Notes: generated by a model not told the origin, from the letters alone. Numbered from the stretch's first letter, positions 16,367 to 29,454 are shown. The stretch is DNA of 64,000 nucleotides from Escherichia coli (GCF_002854065.1 NZ_CP024147.1), one strand, 5' to 3'. Program-made: numbers and translations.

Positions 16367-17582
16367 CGATAATTCTCTTAATAAGCGCCCCACGTTTAAA
16401 AGAGCATTACGCAACATCAGTATGACCAGCATATTTATCACTATGATGCTGATCTGGTTGCTGCTTTCCGTGACCTCGGTGCTGACCCTGAAACAGTACG
16501 CGCAAAAAAACCTGGCACTGACAGCAGCAACAATGACTTACAGTCTGGAAGCAGCTGTCGTTTTTGCCGATGGCCCTGCAGCAACTGAAACACTGGCAGC
16601 GCTGGGCCAGCAAGGGCAATTTTCAACTGCAGAAGTACGTGATAAGCAGCAAAATATTCTGGCATCCTGGCATTACACCCGTAAGGATCCAGGCGATACT
16701 TTCAGCAATTTCATAAGCCACTGGCTCTTCCCTGCCCCCATCATTCAGCCGATTCGTCACAATGGCGAAACCATTGGCGAAGTACGCTTAACCGCTCGCG
16801 ACAGTTCAATCAGCCATTTTATCTGGTTTTCGCTCGCCGTACTGACCGGTTGTATTCTGCTGGCATCAGGAATCGCAATTACCCTCACCCGCCATTTGCA
16901 CAATGGCCTGGTGGAAGCACTGAAAAATATCACCGATGTCGTACATGATGTGCGTTCCAACCGCAATTTTTCCCGACGAGTTTCGGAAGAACGTATCGCT
17001 GAGTTTCACCGCTTCGCTCTCGACTTCAACAGTCTGCTGGATGAAATGGAAGAGTGGCAGCTTCGTTTACAGGCCAAAAATGCGCAGCTTCTGCGTACCG
17101 CGCTACATGACCCATTAACCGGGCTGGCTAACCGCGCAGCGTTTCGTAGCGGCATCAATACGTTGATGAACAATTCCGATGCCCGAAAAACGTCGGCGTT
17201 ACTATTTCTTGATGGCGATAATTTCAAATATATCAATGATACCTGGGGTCATGCGACGGGCGATAGAGTCTTGATTGAAATCGCAAAACGGTTAGCTGAA
17301 TTTGGCGGGCTGCGACATAAAGCATACCGCCTGGGCGGCGATGAATTCGCTATGGTGCTCTATGATGTACAGTCGGAATCTGAAGTGCAGCAGATATGCT
17401 CAGCACTGACACAAATCTTTAATCTCCCGTTTGATCTTCATAATGGCCATCAGACCACCATGACATTAAGCATTGGTTACGCGATGACCATTGAGCACGC
17501 CTCTGCGGAAAAATTACAAGAGCTTGCCGATCACAATATGTATCAGGCCAAACACCAGCGTGCCGAAAAGCTGGTGAGATAA
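16356..17582 (+). CDS. dgcN: Membrane diguanylate cyclase (GGDEF domain)
   Basis: 408-aa ORF with TM segments, HAMP-like region and RLGGDEF motif; 11-nt overlap with yfiR. Confidence 0.9.
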
Positions 17583-17597
17583 CAAGGATATATCGAT

Positions 17598-18080
17598 ATG
17601 ATAAAGCACCTGGTAGCACCCCTGATTTTCACCTCACTAATACTGACTGGCTGCCAGTCCCCTCAGGGAAAGTTTACTCCTGAGCAAGTCGCCGCTATGC
17701 AATCTTATGGATTTACTGAATCCGCCGGCGACTGGTCGCTGGGCTTATCAGATGCCATTCTGTTCGCAAAAAATGACTACAAATTGCTCCCGGAAAGCCA
17801 GCAACAGATCCAAACCATGGCAGCCAAATTGGCCTCGACAGGGCTAACACATGCCCGTATGGATGGACACACCGATAACTATGGTGAAGACAGTTACAAC
17901 GAAGGCTTATCATTGAAACGGGCGAATGTCGTGGCCGATGCATGGGCTATGGGTGGACAAATTCCACGCGGCAATCTCACCACACAGGGTTTAGGAAAAA
18001 AATATCCCATAGCCAGTAACAAGACCGCCCAGGGCCGCGCCGAGAACCGCCGCGTCGCAGTGGTGATTACTACCCCTTAA
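17598..18080 (+). CDS. yfiB: OmpA-family outer-membrane lipoprotein YfiB
   Basis: 160-aa ORF, lipobox LTGC, OmpA-like C-terminal domain. Confidence 0.9.
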   Translation: MIKHLVAPLIFTSLILTGCQSPQGKFTPEQVAAMQSYGFTESAGDWSLGLSDAILFAKNDYKLLPESQQQIQTMAAKLASTGLTHARMDGHTDNYGEDSYNEGLSLKRANVVADAWAMGGQIPRGNLTTQGLGKKYPIASNKTAQGRAENRRVAVVITTP

Positions 18081-18095
18081 AACACGAGCAAACAG

Positions 18096-18131
18096 ATAAA
18101 AAAAGGGCCAGCCAATTGGCCAGCCCTTCTT
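18096..18131. terminator. GC-rich dyad between convergent yfiB and rplS
   Basis: aaaaaaagggccagccaattggccagcccttctt; imperfect palindrome flanked by A-run and T-rich run. Confidence 0.45.
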
Positions 18132-18156
18132 AACAGGATGTCGCTTAAGCGAAATC

Positions 18157-18507
<351 letters not shown>

Positions 18508-18545
18508 TTAATCTCTTATCCTGGGTAAACTGATATCTCGGGGGC

Positions 18546-19313
18546 TTACGCCATCCCATCATGTTTATGTTGCTGTTGTGCGTGTTCCGTTTTGAACTCC
18601 GCCAGCAACCTTGCTTGCTCTTCAGTCAGAGCCAGGTTTTCCAGAAGTTCAGGTCTTCTAAGCCAGGTACGGCCCAGCGACTGTTTCAAACGCCAGCGAC
18701 GTATCTCGGCATGGTTGCCCGACAGTAACACTGGCGGAACTTCCATCCCTTCTAACACCTCAGGCCGCGTATAGTGCGGGCAATCCAGCAATCCTTCAGC
18801 AAAGGAATCTTCCGTTGCCGAGGCTTCATGTCCCAGTACTCCCGGAATAAACCGGGAAACGGAGTCAATCAGCGTCATTGCTGGTAACTCACCACCACTG
18901 AGAACGTAATCGCCGATTGACCATTCTTCGTCAATTTCGGTTTGGATCACGCGCTCATCTATACCTTCGTAGCGACCGCACACCAGAATCAATTTTTGAT
19001 TCGTTGCCAGTTCGCTGACGCCCGCTTGATCAAGCTTGCGTCCCTGTGGTGACAGATAAATCACCTTTGCGCCTTCACCCGCCGCGGCTTTTGCTGCATG
19101 AATGGCGTCCCGTAAGGGTTGCACCATCATTAACATCCCCGGTCCGCCGCCGTAAGGACGATCGTCCACGGTACGGTGCCGGTCATGCGTGAAGTCGCGA
19201 GGACTCCAGCTCTGGATGCTCAGCAGGCCATTTTTAACTGCCCGGCCAGTTACCCCGTAATCGGTAATTGCGCGGAACATTTCAGGAAACAGGCTAATTA
19301 TGCCAATCCACAT
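18546..19313 (-). CDS. trmD: tRNA (guanine37-N1)-methyltransferase
   Basis: 255-aa [32 protein letters not shown]... Confidence 0.95.
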
Positions 19314-19343
19314 AGCGCCGTCTTTTACCGTTTATCCGGTGGT

Positions 19344-19892
19344 TTAAAAACCAGGATCCCAATCTACTTCGATTGAACGAGTAGTGAGATCGACTTTCTT
19401 GATAACCTGCCCATCGAGGAACGGTACGAGACGTTCCTTGATACCAAACGCATCTTTCAGGTTTGCCTTAATGACGAGAACGTCATTAGATCCGGTTTCC
19501 ATCATATCGACGACTTTACCGAGATCGTAGCCTTCAGTGGTTACTACCTGGCAGCCCATCAGGTCTTTCCAGTAGTAGTCACCCTCTTCAAGCTGAGGCA
19601 GCTGCGATGAATCCACGACAATTTCACAATTCGTCAGCAGGTTCGCCGCATCACGATCGTCAACGCCTTTCAGCTTGATGATCATGTCCTGATTGTGGTG
19701 CTTCCAGCTTTCCAGCTGGACTTGCTGCCACTGACCCGCCTTCTGGATAAACCAGGGCTGATAGTCAAAAATGCTTTCGGCGTCTTCGGTGGAAGAAAAC
19801 ACTCTGAGCCACCCACGAATACCGTAAGACGAACCCATTTTTCCCAAAACGATGGGATCAACAGGTGCTTGCGCGGTGAGTTGTTTGCTCAT
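19344..19892 (-). CDS. rimM: Ribosome maturation factor RimM
   Basis: Start moved to [21 protein letters not shown]... (182 aa). Confidence 0.9.
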
Positions 19893-19910
19893 CATGACCA
19901 CCGTGACAGA

Positions 19911-20237
<327 letters not shown>

Positions 20238-20295
20238 TTACTGATTTCTGGAGAAAATGCAATCAGCAGTTAATAACTCTGTCGCATAAGGTCAT

Positions 20296-21657
20296 TTAGC
20301 GACCAGGAAATCCCGGCGGCATCATCCCCTTCATGCTTCTCATCATCTTCGCCATTCCGCCCTTCTTCATTTTCTTCATCATGCGCTGCATGTCGTCGAA
20401 CTGTTTCAGAAGACGGTTAACGTCCTGCACCTGCATACCGCAACCGGCAGCAATACGGCGTTTACGCGAACCTTTGATGATTTCTGGCTTAGCGCGCTCT
20501 TTCATCGTCATCGAGTTGATGATGGCTTCCATACGCACCAGCACTTTATCGTCCATCTGTGACTTGACGTTATCCGGGATCTGCCCCATGCCCGGCAGTT
20601 TGCCCATCAGGCTGGCCATGCCGCCCATATTTTTCATCTGGCGCAGTTGCTCAAGGAAGTCGTTGAGATCGAAGCCGTCACCTTTTTTCAGCTTGCTGGC
20701 TAATTTCTCTGCCTGCGCGCGGTCAACTTTGCTTTCGATATCTTCGATCAGCGACAGTACGTCGCCCATGCCGAGAATACGCGACGCGATGCGGTCCGGA
20801 TGGAACGGCTCCAGCGCCTCAGTTTTCTCGCCAACACCGAGGAACTTGATCGGTTTGCCAGTGATGTGACGAATAGAGAGCGCCGCACCGCCGCGGGCAT
20901 CGCCGTCCACTTTGGTCAACACTACGCCGGTAAGCGGTAACGCTTCATTGAATGCTTTTGCCGTATTGGCCGCATCCTGACCGGTCATGGCGTCAACCAC
21001 AAACAGGGTTTCAACCGGGTTAATCGACGCATGGACTTGTTTGATCTCGTCCATCATCGCTTCGTCAACGTGCAGACGACCAGCGGTATCCACCAGCAGC
21101 ACGTCGTAGAATTTCAGTTTGGCTTCTTTCAGCGCCGCGTTAACGATATCTACCGGCTTCTGACCAACATCAGAAGGGAAGAAATCAACGCCCACCTGCT
21201 CAGCCAGCGTCTCAAGCTGTTTGATTGCCGCCGGGCGATAGACGTCGGCAGAAACCACCAGCACTTTCTTCTTGTGCTTCTCGCGCAGGAACTTACCGAG
21301 TTTACCAACGCTGGTTGTTTTACCGGCACCTTGCAGGCCCGCCATCAGTACGACCGCAGGCGGTTGCGCAGCCAGGTTCAGGGTCTGGTTCTCTTCGCCC
21401 ATCGCCGCAACCAGTTCGTTACGGACGATTTTGACGAACTCCTGCCCCGGCGTCAGGCTCTTATTAACTTCATGACCAACCGCTTTCTCTTTTACGCGAT
21501 TGATAAACTCACGCACTACCGGCAGAGCGACGTCCGCCTCCAGCAGCGCCATGCGCACTTCGCGCAGCGTATCTTTTACGTTGTCTTCAGTGAGGCGTCC
21601 ACGGCCACTGATATTGCGCAGCGTGCGCGACAAACGATCGGTTAAATTATCAAACAT
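20296..21657 (-). CDS. ffh: Signal recognition particle protein Ffh
   Basis: 453-aa ORF, GTPase motifs (GLQGAGKTT, DTAGR) and Met-rich C-terminal M domain. Confidence 0.95.
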   Translation of the reverse strand: MFDNLTDRLSRTLRNISGRGRLTEDNVKDTLREVRMALLEADVALPVVREFINRVKEKAVGHEVNKSLTPGQEFVKIVRNELVAAMGEENQTLNLAAQPPAVVLMAGLQGAGKTTSVGKLGKFLREKHKKKVLVVSADVYRPAAIKQLETLAEQVGVDFFPSDVGQKPVDIVNAALKEAKLKFYDVLLVDTAGRLHVDEAMMDEIKQVHASINPVETLFVVDAMTGQDAANTAKAFNEALPLTGVVLTKVDGDARGGAALSIRHITGKPIKFLGVGEKTEALEPFHPDRIASRILGMGDVLSLIEDIESKVDRAQAEKLASKLKKGDGFDLNDFLEQLRQMKNMGGMASLMGKLPGMGQIPDNVKSQMDDKVLVRMEAIINSMTMKERAKPEIIKGSRKRRIAAGCGMQVQDVNRLLKQFDDMQRMMKKMKKGGMAKMMRSMKGMMPPGFPGR

Positions 21658-21823
21658 TGTCTCTCGCCTGGGGTGGAAACGGTTGGCCGCAATCGCGACA
21701 CATCATCAGTATTTTGCCGCAGTATAACATGAAGGCGTCTTTGTTGTTATGCAACGGTTGGAGCAGCGTTCACCTGACGCTATACTGCTTCTCTTTCTTA
21801 TTGCTCAAACTGTCGACATTACT

Positions 21824-22615
21824 ATGCCCGTTTTTGCTCTGCTCGCGCTTGTCGCCTACTCCGTCAGTCTTGCGCTGATTGTTCCCGGTCTGCTGCAAAA
21901 AAACGGCGGCTGGCGGCGCATGGCTATTATTTCTGCGGTCATTGCGCTGGTCTGCCACGCAATCGCTCTGGAAGCCCGCATCCTGCCCGACGGTGATAGC
22001 GGACAAAACCTCAGCCTGCTGAACGTTGGTTCATTGGTCAGTTTGATGATCTGTACGGTAATGACCATTGTGGCTTCTCGCAATCGTGGCTGGTTGCTGC
22101 TACCCATTGTCTATGCCTTTGCGCTTATCAACCTGGCGCTGGCGACCTTCATGCCCAATGAATACATCACCCATCTGGAAGCTACGCCTGGGATGCTGGT
22201 GCACATTGGCTTATCGCTCTTTTCCTATGCCACGCTAATTATCGCCGCCCTGTACGCGCTGCAACTGGCGTGGATTGATTACCAACTGAAGAACAAGAAG
22301 CTGGCGTTTAACCAGGAAATGCCGCCATTGATGAGTATCGAGCGTAAAATGTTCCACATCACGCAGATTGGCGTGGTGCTGCTAACGCTCACGCTTTGCA
22401 CTGGCCTGTTCTACATGCACAACTTATTTAGCATGGAAAATATCGACAAGGCTGTGCTCTCTATCGTGGCGTGGTTTGTCTATATTGTGCTGCTGTGGGG
22501 ACATTATCATGAAGGATGGCGTGGACGCCGCGTCGTCTGGTTTAACGTTGCGGGTGCAGTCATTCTGACACTGGCCTACTTCGGCAGCCGAATTGTCCAG
22601 CAGTTAATCAGCTAA
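21824..22615 (+). CDS. ypjD: Inner membrane protein YpjD (cytochrome c assembly-like family)
   Basis: Start moved to MPVFALLALVAYSVSLALIVPGLL...; polytopic membrane protein. Confidence 0.85.
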   Translation: MPVFALLALVAYSVSLALIVPGLLQKNGGWRRMAIISAVIALVCHAIALEARILPDGDSGQNLSLLNVGSLVSLMICTVMTIVASRNRGWLLLPIVYAFALINLALATFMPNEYITHLEATPGMLVHIGLSLFSYATLIIAALYALQLAWIDYQLKNKKLAFNQEMPPLMSIERKMFHITQIGVVLLTLTLCTGLFYMHNLFSMENIDKAVLSIVAWFVYIVLLWGHYHEGWRGRRVVWFNVAGAVILTLAYFGSRIVQQLIS

Positions 22616-22635
22616 ACCCAGAAAAGGAGTTTCCC

Positions 22636-23922
22636 CTGGAACACATTTCTACTACTACGTTGATCATTATTCTGATCATCATGGTGGTCATTTCAGCCTA
22701 TTTTTCCGGGTCCGAAACCGGAATGATGACCCTGAACCGCTATCGTCTGCGACATATGGCGAAACAGGGTAATCGCTCGGCCAAACGCGTCGAAAAATTG
22801 CTGCGTAAGCCAGACCGCCTGATAAGCCTGGTGTTAATCGGCAATAACCTGGTCAATATTCTTGCCTCCGCGCTCGGCACTATTGTTGGGATGCGTTTGT
22901 ACGGCGATGCGGGCGTGGCAATTGCGACTGGTGTGCTGACCTTTGTGGTGCTGGTTTTTGCCGAGGTGTTGCCGAAAACTATCGCTGCGCTATACCCGGA
23001 AAAAGTCGCTTATCCGAGTAGTATTCTGTTAGCACCGCTGCAAATTTTGATGATGCCGCTGGTCTGGTTGCTGAACGCTATCACCCGCATGTTAATGCGC
23101 ATGATGGGCATCAAAACCGATATCGTGGTCAGCGGCTCTTTGAGCAAAGAAGAGTTGCGCACTATCGTGCATGAATCGCGCTCACAAATTTCCCGTCGCA
23201 ATCAGGATATGCTGCTGTCGGTGCTCGATCTGGAAAAAATGACCGTTGATGACATCATGGTGCCGCGCAGTGAAATTATCGGTATTGATATCAACGATGA
23301 CTGGAAATCGATTCTGCGCCAACTCTCCCACTCACCTCACGGGCGCATCGTGCTCTACCGTGATTCGCTGGACGACGCCATCAGTATGCTGCGAGTACGT
23401 GAAGCCTGGCGGTTGATGTCGGAGAAAAAAGAGTTCACCAAAGAAACCATGCTGCGCGCCGCGGACGAGATCTATTTTGTGCCGGAAGGTACGCCGCTCA
23501 GCACGCAGTTGGTAAAGTTTCAGCGCAACAAAAAGAAAGTCGGCCTGGTCGTCAACGAGTATGGAGACATTCAGGGGCTGGTGACGGTTGAAGATATTCT
23601 GGAAGAGATTGTCGGCGATTTCACTACATCGATGTCGCCAACACTTGCCGAAGAGGTCACGCCGCAAAACGACGGTTCGGTGATTATCGATGGCACCGCC
23701 AACGTGCGGGAAATCAACAAAGCCTTTAACTGGCATCTACCGGAAGATGATGCCCGCACGGTTAATGGCGTCATTCTTGAGGCACTGGAAGAGATCCCTG
23801 TCGCAGGCACCCGCGTGCGTATTGGCGAGTACGATATAGATATTCTCGACGTACAGGACAATATGATTAAGCAGGTAAAAGTTTTTCCTGTGAAACCGCT
23901 GCGCGAGAGTGTGGCGGAGTAA
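22636..23922 (+). CDS. yfjD: CorC/TlyC-family membrane protein with CBS domains
   Basis: Open frame reads (CTG)EHISTTTLIIILIIMVVISAYFSGSETG...; AAAAGGAG lies 6 nt before the CTG; first in-frame ATG is 45 nt further on (22681), and the ORF-track start at 22660 is itself a TTG. Confidence 0.75.
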   Translation: MEHISTTTLIIILIIMVVISAYFSGSETGMMTLNRYRLRHMAKQGNRSAKRVEKLLRKPDRLISLVLIGNNLVNILASALGTIVGMRLYGDAGVAIATGVLTFVVLVFAEVLPKTIAALYPEKVAYPSSILLAPLQILMMPLVWLLNAITRMLMRMMGIKTDIVVSGSLSKEELRTIVHESRSQISRRNQDMLLSVLDLEKMTVDDIMVPRSEIIGIDINDDWKSILRQLSHSPHGRIVLYRDSLDDAISMLRVREAWRLMSEKKEFTKETMLRAADEIYFVPEGTPLSTQLVKFQRNKKKVGLVVNEYGDIQGLVTVEDILEEIVGDFTTSMSPTLAEEVTPQNDGSVIIDGTANVREINKAFNWHLPEDDARTVNGVILEALEEIPVAGTRVRIGEYDIDILDVQDNMIKQVKVFPVKPLRESVAE

Positions 23923-23928
23923 CGAAAA

Positions 23929-23954
23929 CGGCCCTGCATTCGCATGCAGGGCCG
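23929..23954 (-). terminator. grpE intrinsic terminator
   Basis: ggccctgcat-tcg-catgcagggcc hairpin; T-run follows on the minus-strand transcript. Confidence 0.6.
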
Positions 23955-23976
23955 TGAATTATTACGAAAACAGAAA

Positions 23977-24603
<627 letters not shown>

Positions 24604-24615
24604 CTAACTTCGCTT

Positions 24616-24646
24616 ATTATGGGGATCAGTTTCAGGGTTTCAAGGG
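24616..24646 (-). promoter_or_regulatory. sigma32 heat-shock promoter of grpE
   Basis: Reverse complement reads CCCTTGAAA-N13-CCCCATAAT, a close match to the sigma32 consensus. Confidence 0.65.
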
Positions 24647-24692
24647 AAGCACTCACATTGTCATCAATCTTCGCAACAAGGACCTCGGAAAA

Positions 24693-25571
24693 ATGAATAA
24701 TCATTTCAAGTGTATTGGCATTGTGGGACACCCACGGCACCCTACTGCACTGACAACACATGAAATGCTCTACCGCTGGCTGTGCACAAAAGGTTACGAG
24801 GTCATCGTTGAGCAACAAATCGCTCACGAACTGCAACTGAAGAATGTGAAAACTGGCACGCTCGCGGAGATTGGGCAACTGGCTGATCTCGCGGTAGTCG
24901 TTGGTGGCGACGGTAATATGCTGGGCGCGGCGCGCACGCTCGCCCGTTACGATATTAAAGTTATTGGAATCAACCGTGGCAACCTGGGTTTCCTGACTGA
25001 CCTTGACCCCGATAACGCCCAGCAACAATTAGCCGATGTGCTGGAAGGTCACTACATCAGCGAGAAACGTTTTTTGCTGGAAGCGCAAGTCTGTCAGCAA
25101 GATTGCCAAAAGCGCATCAGCACCGCGATAAATGAAGTGGTACTTCATCCAGGCAAAGTGGCGCATATGATAGAGTTCGAAGTGTATATCGACGAGATCT
25201 TTGCGTTTTCTCAGCGATCTGATGGGCTAATTATTTCGACGCCAACAGGCTCCACCGCCTATTCCCTCTCTGCGGGCGGTCCTATTCTGACCCCCTCTCT
25301 GGATGCGATTACCCTGGTGCCCATGTTCCCGCATACGTTGTCAGCACGACCACTGGTCATAAACAACAGCAGCACGATCCGTCTGCGTTTTTCGCATCGC
25401 CGTAACGACCTGGAAATCAGTTGCGACAGCCAGATAGCACTGCCGATTCAGGAAGGTGAAGATGTCCTGATTCGTCGCTGTGATTACCATCTGAATCTGA
25501 TTCATCCGAAAGATTACAGTTATTTCAATACATTAAGCACCAAGCTCGGCTGGTCAAAAAAATTATTCTAA
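24693..25571 (+). CDS. nadK: NAD kinase
   Basis: 292-aa [33 protein letters not shown]..., GGDG motif ([14 protein letters not shown]). Confidence 0.95.
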   Translation: MNNHFKCIGIVGHPRHPTALTTHEMLYRWLCTKGYEVIVEQQIAHELQLKNVKTGTLAEIGQLADLAVVVGGDGNMLGAARTLARYDIKVIGINRGNLGFLTDLDPDNAQQQLADVLEGHYISEKRFLLEAQVCQQDCQKRISTAINEVVLHPGKVAHMIEFEVYIDEIFAFSQRSDGLIISTPTGSTAYSLSAGGPILTPSLDAITLVPMFPHTLSARPLVINNSSTIRLRFSHRRNDLEISCDSQIALPIQEGEDVLIRRCDYHLNLIHPKDYSYFNTLSTKLGWSKKLF

Positions 25572-25588
25572 TTTTACGCCAGCCTCTT

Positions 25589-25608
25589 TACTGTATATAA
25601 AACCAGTT
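25589..25608 (+). promoter_or_regulatory. LexA (SOS) box upstream of recN
   Basis: tactgtatataaaaccagtt; CTGT-N8-ACAG core. Confidence 0.75.
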
Positions 25609-25610
25609 TA

Positions 25611-25630
25611 TACTGTACACAATAACAGTA
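25611..25630 (+). promoter_or_regulatory. LexA (SOS) box upstream of recN
   Basis: tactgtacacaataacagta; CTGT-N8-ACAG core, tandem to the first box. Confidence 0.75.
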
Positions 25631-25656
25631 ATGGTTTTTCATACAGGAAAACGACT

Positions 25657-27318
25657 ATGTTGGCACAACTGACCATCAGCAACTTTGCTATCGTTCGTGA
25701 GCTTGAGATTGATTTTCATAGCGGCATGACCGTAATAACTGGCGAAACCGGTGCGGGTAAATCTATTGCAATAGATGCCCTCGGTCTTTGTCTCGGTGGT
25801 CGCGCTGAAGCCGACATGGTGCGTACCGGCGCTGCTCGCGCTGACCTGTGCGCCCGTTTTTCTCTGAAAGATACGCCAGCGGCCCTGCGCTGGCTGGAAG
25901 AAAACCAGCTTGAAGACGGGCATGAATGTTTGCTTCGTCGCGTAATCAGCAGCGATGGTCGCTCTCGTGGTTTCATCAACGGTACAGCTGTTCCTCTGTC
26001 ACAACTGCGCGAACTGGGTCAGTTGCTCATTCAGATCCATGGTCAGCACGCTCATCAGTTACTCACCAAACCCGAGCACCAAAAATTCCTGCTTGATGGC
26101 TACGCTAATGAAACCTCTCTGCTCCAGGAAATGACCGCACGTTATCAGTTGTGGCACCAAAGCTGCCGTGACCTCGCGCATCATCAACAGTTAAGTCAGG
26201 AACGCGCTGCCCGTGCGGAACTGCTGCAATACCAATTAAAAGAACTTAACGAATTTAATCCGCAGCCCGGAGAGTTTGAGCAAATCGACGAAGAGTACAA
26301 ACGTCTGGCGAACAGCGGTCAATTGCTGACCACCAGCCAGAATGCATTGGCATTAATGGCCGACGGTGAAGACGCAAACCTGCAAAGTCAGCTTTACACG
26401 GCTAAACAACTGGTGAGCGAATTGATTGGCATGGACAGCAAACTGTCCGGCGTACTTGATATGCTGGAAGAAGCTACCATCCAGATTGTTGAAGCCAGCG
26501 ACGAACTGCGCCACTACTGCGATCGTCTGGATCTCGATCCCAACCGACTGTTTGAACTTGAACAGCGCATCTCAAAACAGATTTCGCTGGCACGTAAACA
26601 TCACGTCAGCCCTGAGACATTGCCACAGTATTACCAGTCGCTACTGGAAGAACAGCAGCAACTGGACGATCAGGCCGACTCACAAGAAACGCTCGCGCTG
26701 GCGGTAACGAAACATCATCAGCAGGCACTGGAAACGGCGCGCGCATTACACCAGCAACGCCAGCATTATGCAGAAGAACTTGAACAGCTGATCACCGACA
26801 GCATGCATGCGCTCTCAATGCCGCATGGGCAGTTTACGATTGATGTCAAATTTGACGAGCATCACCTGGGCGCTGACGGCGCCGATCGTATTGAGTTTCG
26901 GGTAACCACCAACCCAGGTCAGCCAATGCAGCCTATTGCCAAAGTCGCATCCGGTGGTGAATTGTCCCGCATCGCATTGGCAATTCAGGTCATCACGGCG
27001 CGTAAAATGGAAACCCCGGCACTGATTTTTGATGAAGTGGATGTAGGGATTAGCGGTCCAACAGCGGCAGTTGTCGGCAAACTGCTGCGTCAACTCGGCG
27101 AATCAACTCAGGTGATGTGTGTTACCCACCTGCCACAAGTCGCGGGATGTGGTCATCAACACTATTTTGTCAGCAAAGAAACCGATGGTGCGATGACAGA
27201 AACGCATATGCAATCTCTGGATAAAAAAGCGCGGTTACAAGAGCTGGCGCGCCTGCTTGGTGGCAGTGAAGTCACACGTAACACACTGGCGAATGCGAAA
27301 GAACTGCTTGCGGCGTAA
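25657..27318 (+). CDS. recN: DNA repair protein RecN (SMC-like ATPase)
   Basis: 553-aa ORF, Walker A GETGAGKS, coiled-coil middle. Confidence 0.95.
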   Translation: MLAQLTISNFAIVRELEIDFHSGMTVITGETGAGKSIAIDALGLCLGGRAEADMVRTGAARADLCARFSLKDTPAALRWLEENQLEDGHECLLRRVISSDGRSRGFINGTAVPLSQLRELGQLLIQIHGQHAHQLLTKPEHQKFLLDGYANETSLLQEMTARYQLWHQSCRDLAHHQQLSQERAARAELLQYQLKELNEFNPQPGEFEQIDEEYKRLANSGQLLTTSQNALALMADGEDANLQSQLYTAKQLVSELIGMDSKLSGVLDMLEEATIQIVEASDELRHYCDRLDLDPNRLFELEQRISKQISLARKHHVSPETLPQYYQSLLEEQQQLDDQADSQETLALAVTKHHQQALETARALHQQRQHYAEELEQLITDSMHALSMPHGQFTIDVKFDEHHLGADGADRIEFRVTTNPGQPMQPIAKVASGGELSRIALAIQVITARKMETPALIFDEVDVGISGPTAAVVGKLLRQLGESTQVMCVTHLPQVAGCGHQHYFVSKETDGAMTETHMQSLDKKARLQELARLLGGSEVTRNTLANAKELLAA

Positions 27319-27466
27319 ACTTTTTTCCTGCTTCACGGTCAGAGTAAACAGCAAAACGCCGTAAGACCGGAAAGCAAAAGGTTTTAAAGTGATGAAAGGT
27401 CTATTATCATCGGCATATTACAGATGAGCCACGTACTGCTCGGGCCCGAAAAGGAATCAAATCACT

Positions 27467-27808
27467 ATGCGCTGTAAAACGCTGACTGCTGCAGCAGCAG
27501 TACTATTGATGTTGACCGCAGGCTGTTCCACTCTGGAGCGAGTGGTTTACCGTCCTGACATCAACCAGGGGAACTATCTGACCGCTAACGACGTATCCAA
27601 AATACGTGTTGGCATGACGCAACAACAAGTTGCGTACGCATTGGGTACACCGCTGATGTCCGATCCATTTGGTACGAATACCTGGTTCTATGTCTTCCGC
27701 CAGCAACCAGGTCATGAAGGTGTAACGCAGCAAACGCTGACGCTAACCTTTAACAGTAGCGGTGTGTTGACCAATATTGATAACAAACCTGCGCTGAGTG
27801 GTAACTAA
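27467..27808 (+). CDS. bamE: Outer membrane protein assembly factor BamE (lipoprotein)
   Basis: 113-aa ORF, lipobox LTAGC. Confidence 0.93.
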
Positions 27809-27834
27809 TAATAAAGTTGCTCTCAAAGACGTTA

Positions 27835-27862
27835 AAAAAGGTGCTCAATGAGCACCTTTTTT
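27835..27862. terminator. Bidirectional terminator between bamE and ratB
   Basis: aaaaaaggtgctc-aatg-agcacctttttt: perfect hairpin with A-run and T-run on either side. Confidence 0.7.
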
Positions 27863-27869
27863 CTGTCCG

Positions 27870-28160
27870 TTATTTATTCGCTGATTTTTCTGCTCGTTGC
27901 CTGCGAAGCTCTTTCGGATCGGCAATGAGAGGGCGATAAATCTCCACCCGATCACCATCATGCACACTATCGCTTAGTTTTGCCGGACGGCTGTAAATGC
28001 CGACTTTGTTTTTAGTTAAATCGATATCGGTCCGCAATTCCAGCAAGCCACTGGCGCGAATAGCTTCTTCAACCGTCGCGCCCTCCTGCAGCGTCACGCG
28101 CTGCAGGTACTGCTTCTCAGGTAGCGCATAAGCCACCTCAACGGCAATTTTACCTGGCAC
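27870..28160 (-). CDS. ratB: RatB (YfjF; RnfH/ubiquitin-like fold)
   Basis: Conserved region begins at a GTG codon ([19 protein letters not shown]...), giving 96 aa; the ORF-track N-terminal extension overlaps ratA. Confidence 0.75.
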
Positions 28161-28626
28161 TGTAAACCTCTTTCGCACGAACCGTAAAAGCCTGGACCAT
28201 ATTAGACGCCAGCTCTTTAAACACGCGACCAAAGGCGAGCTCAATCAACTTATTGGTAAACTCAAAGTCGAGATGAAACTCGATACGACACGCCTCCTGG
28301 CTCAGCGGCGTAAACTTCCATCCACCAATCAATTTCTTGAACGGCCCATCCACCAGATTCATAAGAATACTTTGGTTACTGGTCAACTGGTTGCGGGTAG
28401 TAAACGTTTTGCTGATCCCAGCCTTAGAGACATCTACCGCCGCAGTCATCTGCCCAGGAGTGGACTCCAGAATCCGACTTCCGGTACAACCCGGCAAAAA
28501 CTGAGGATAAGACTGAACGTCATTCACTAACTGATACATTTGCTCCGCGCTGTAGGGTACCAGTGCGGTCCGGCTAATCTGAGGCATAACAATTTCCATC
28601 AACAAAAATCCAACAAATAATATCAT
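28150..28626 (-). CDS. ratA: Ribosome-association toxin RatA (SRPBCC / polyketide-cyclase-like fold)
   Basis: 158-aa ORF; true start may be the internal [16 protein letters not shown]. Confidence 0.85.
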   Translation of the reverse strand: MILFVGFLLMEIVMPQISRTALVPYSAEQMYQLVNDVQSYPQFLPGCTGSRILESTPGQMTAAVDVSKAGISKTFTTRNQLTSNQSILMNLVDGPFKKLIGGWKFTPLSQEACRIEFHLDFEFTNKLIELAFGRVFKELASNMVQAFTVRAKEVYSAR

Positions 28627-28757
28627 TTATCCTGCTGTAAAAAAAACGCTATCCCGGCGCTGGGTAACATCGGGTTCATGCTAAGATAGAGCCTTGTCCC
28701 CCGCAGGATTGATATGGGGTGTTTTCGATTTCAGATTACCGATGATTCACGACGCTT

Positions 28758-29240
28758 ATGACGAAGAAAAAAGCACATAAACCTGGTTCAGCGACCATCG
28801 CGCTTAACAAGCGCGCCCGTCACGAATACTTTATCGAAGAAGAGTTCGAAGCGGGACTTGCCCTGCAAGGCTGGGAAGTTAAATCCCTGCGCGCAGGAAA
28901 AGCCAATATCAGCGACAGCTACGTCCTTCTGCGTGACGGAGAGGCATTTCTGTTTGGCGCTAACATCACGCCAATGGCCGTGGCCTCCACGCATGTGGTG
29001 TGCGATCCTACCCGTACCCGCAAGTTACTTCTCAACCAGCGCGAACTGGACTCATTGTACGGTCGCGTCAATCGAGAAGGCTATACCGTAGTGGCGCTCT
29101 CCCTGTACTGGAAAAATGCCTGGTGCAAAGTGAAAATCGGCGTCGCCAAAGGTAAGAAACAGCACGATAAACGTTCAGATATCAAAGAGCGCGAATGGCA
29201 GGTGGATAAAGCGCGTATCATGAAAAATGCCCACCGTTAA
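28758..29240 (+). CDS. smpB: SsrA-binding protein SmpB
   Basis: 160-aa [54 protein letters not shown]... Confidence 0.95.
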
Positions 29241-29454
29241 ACCTGCACTCCAATTATTGACCAGTTCCTCACCGCGCCTCCCTCTCCGGCGGCGCGAATG
29301 AACATCTTATTGGTTATCACATCCGACACAAATGTTGCCATTCCATTGCTTAATCGAATAAAAATCAGGCTACATGGGTGCTAAATCTTTAACGATAACG
29401 CCATTGAGGCTGGTCATGGCGCTCATAAATCTGGTATACTTACCTTTACACATT

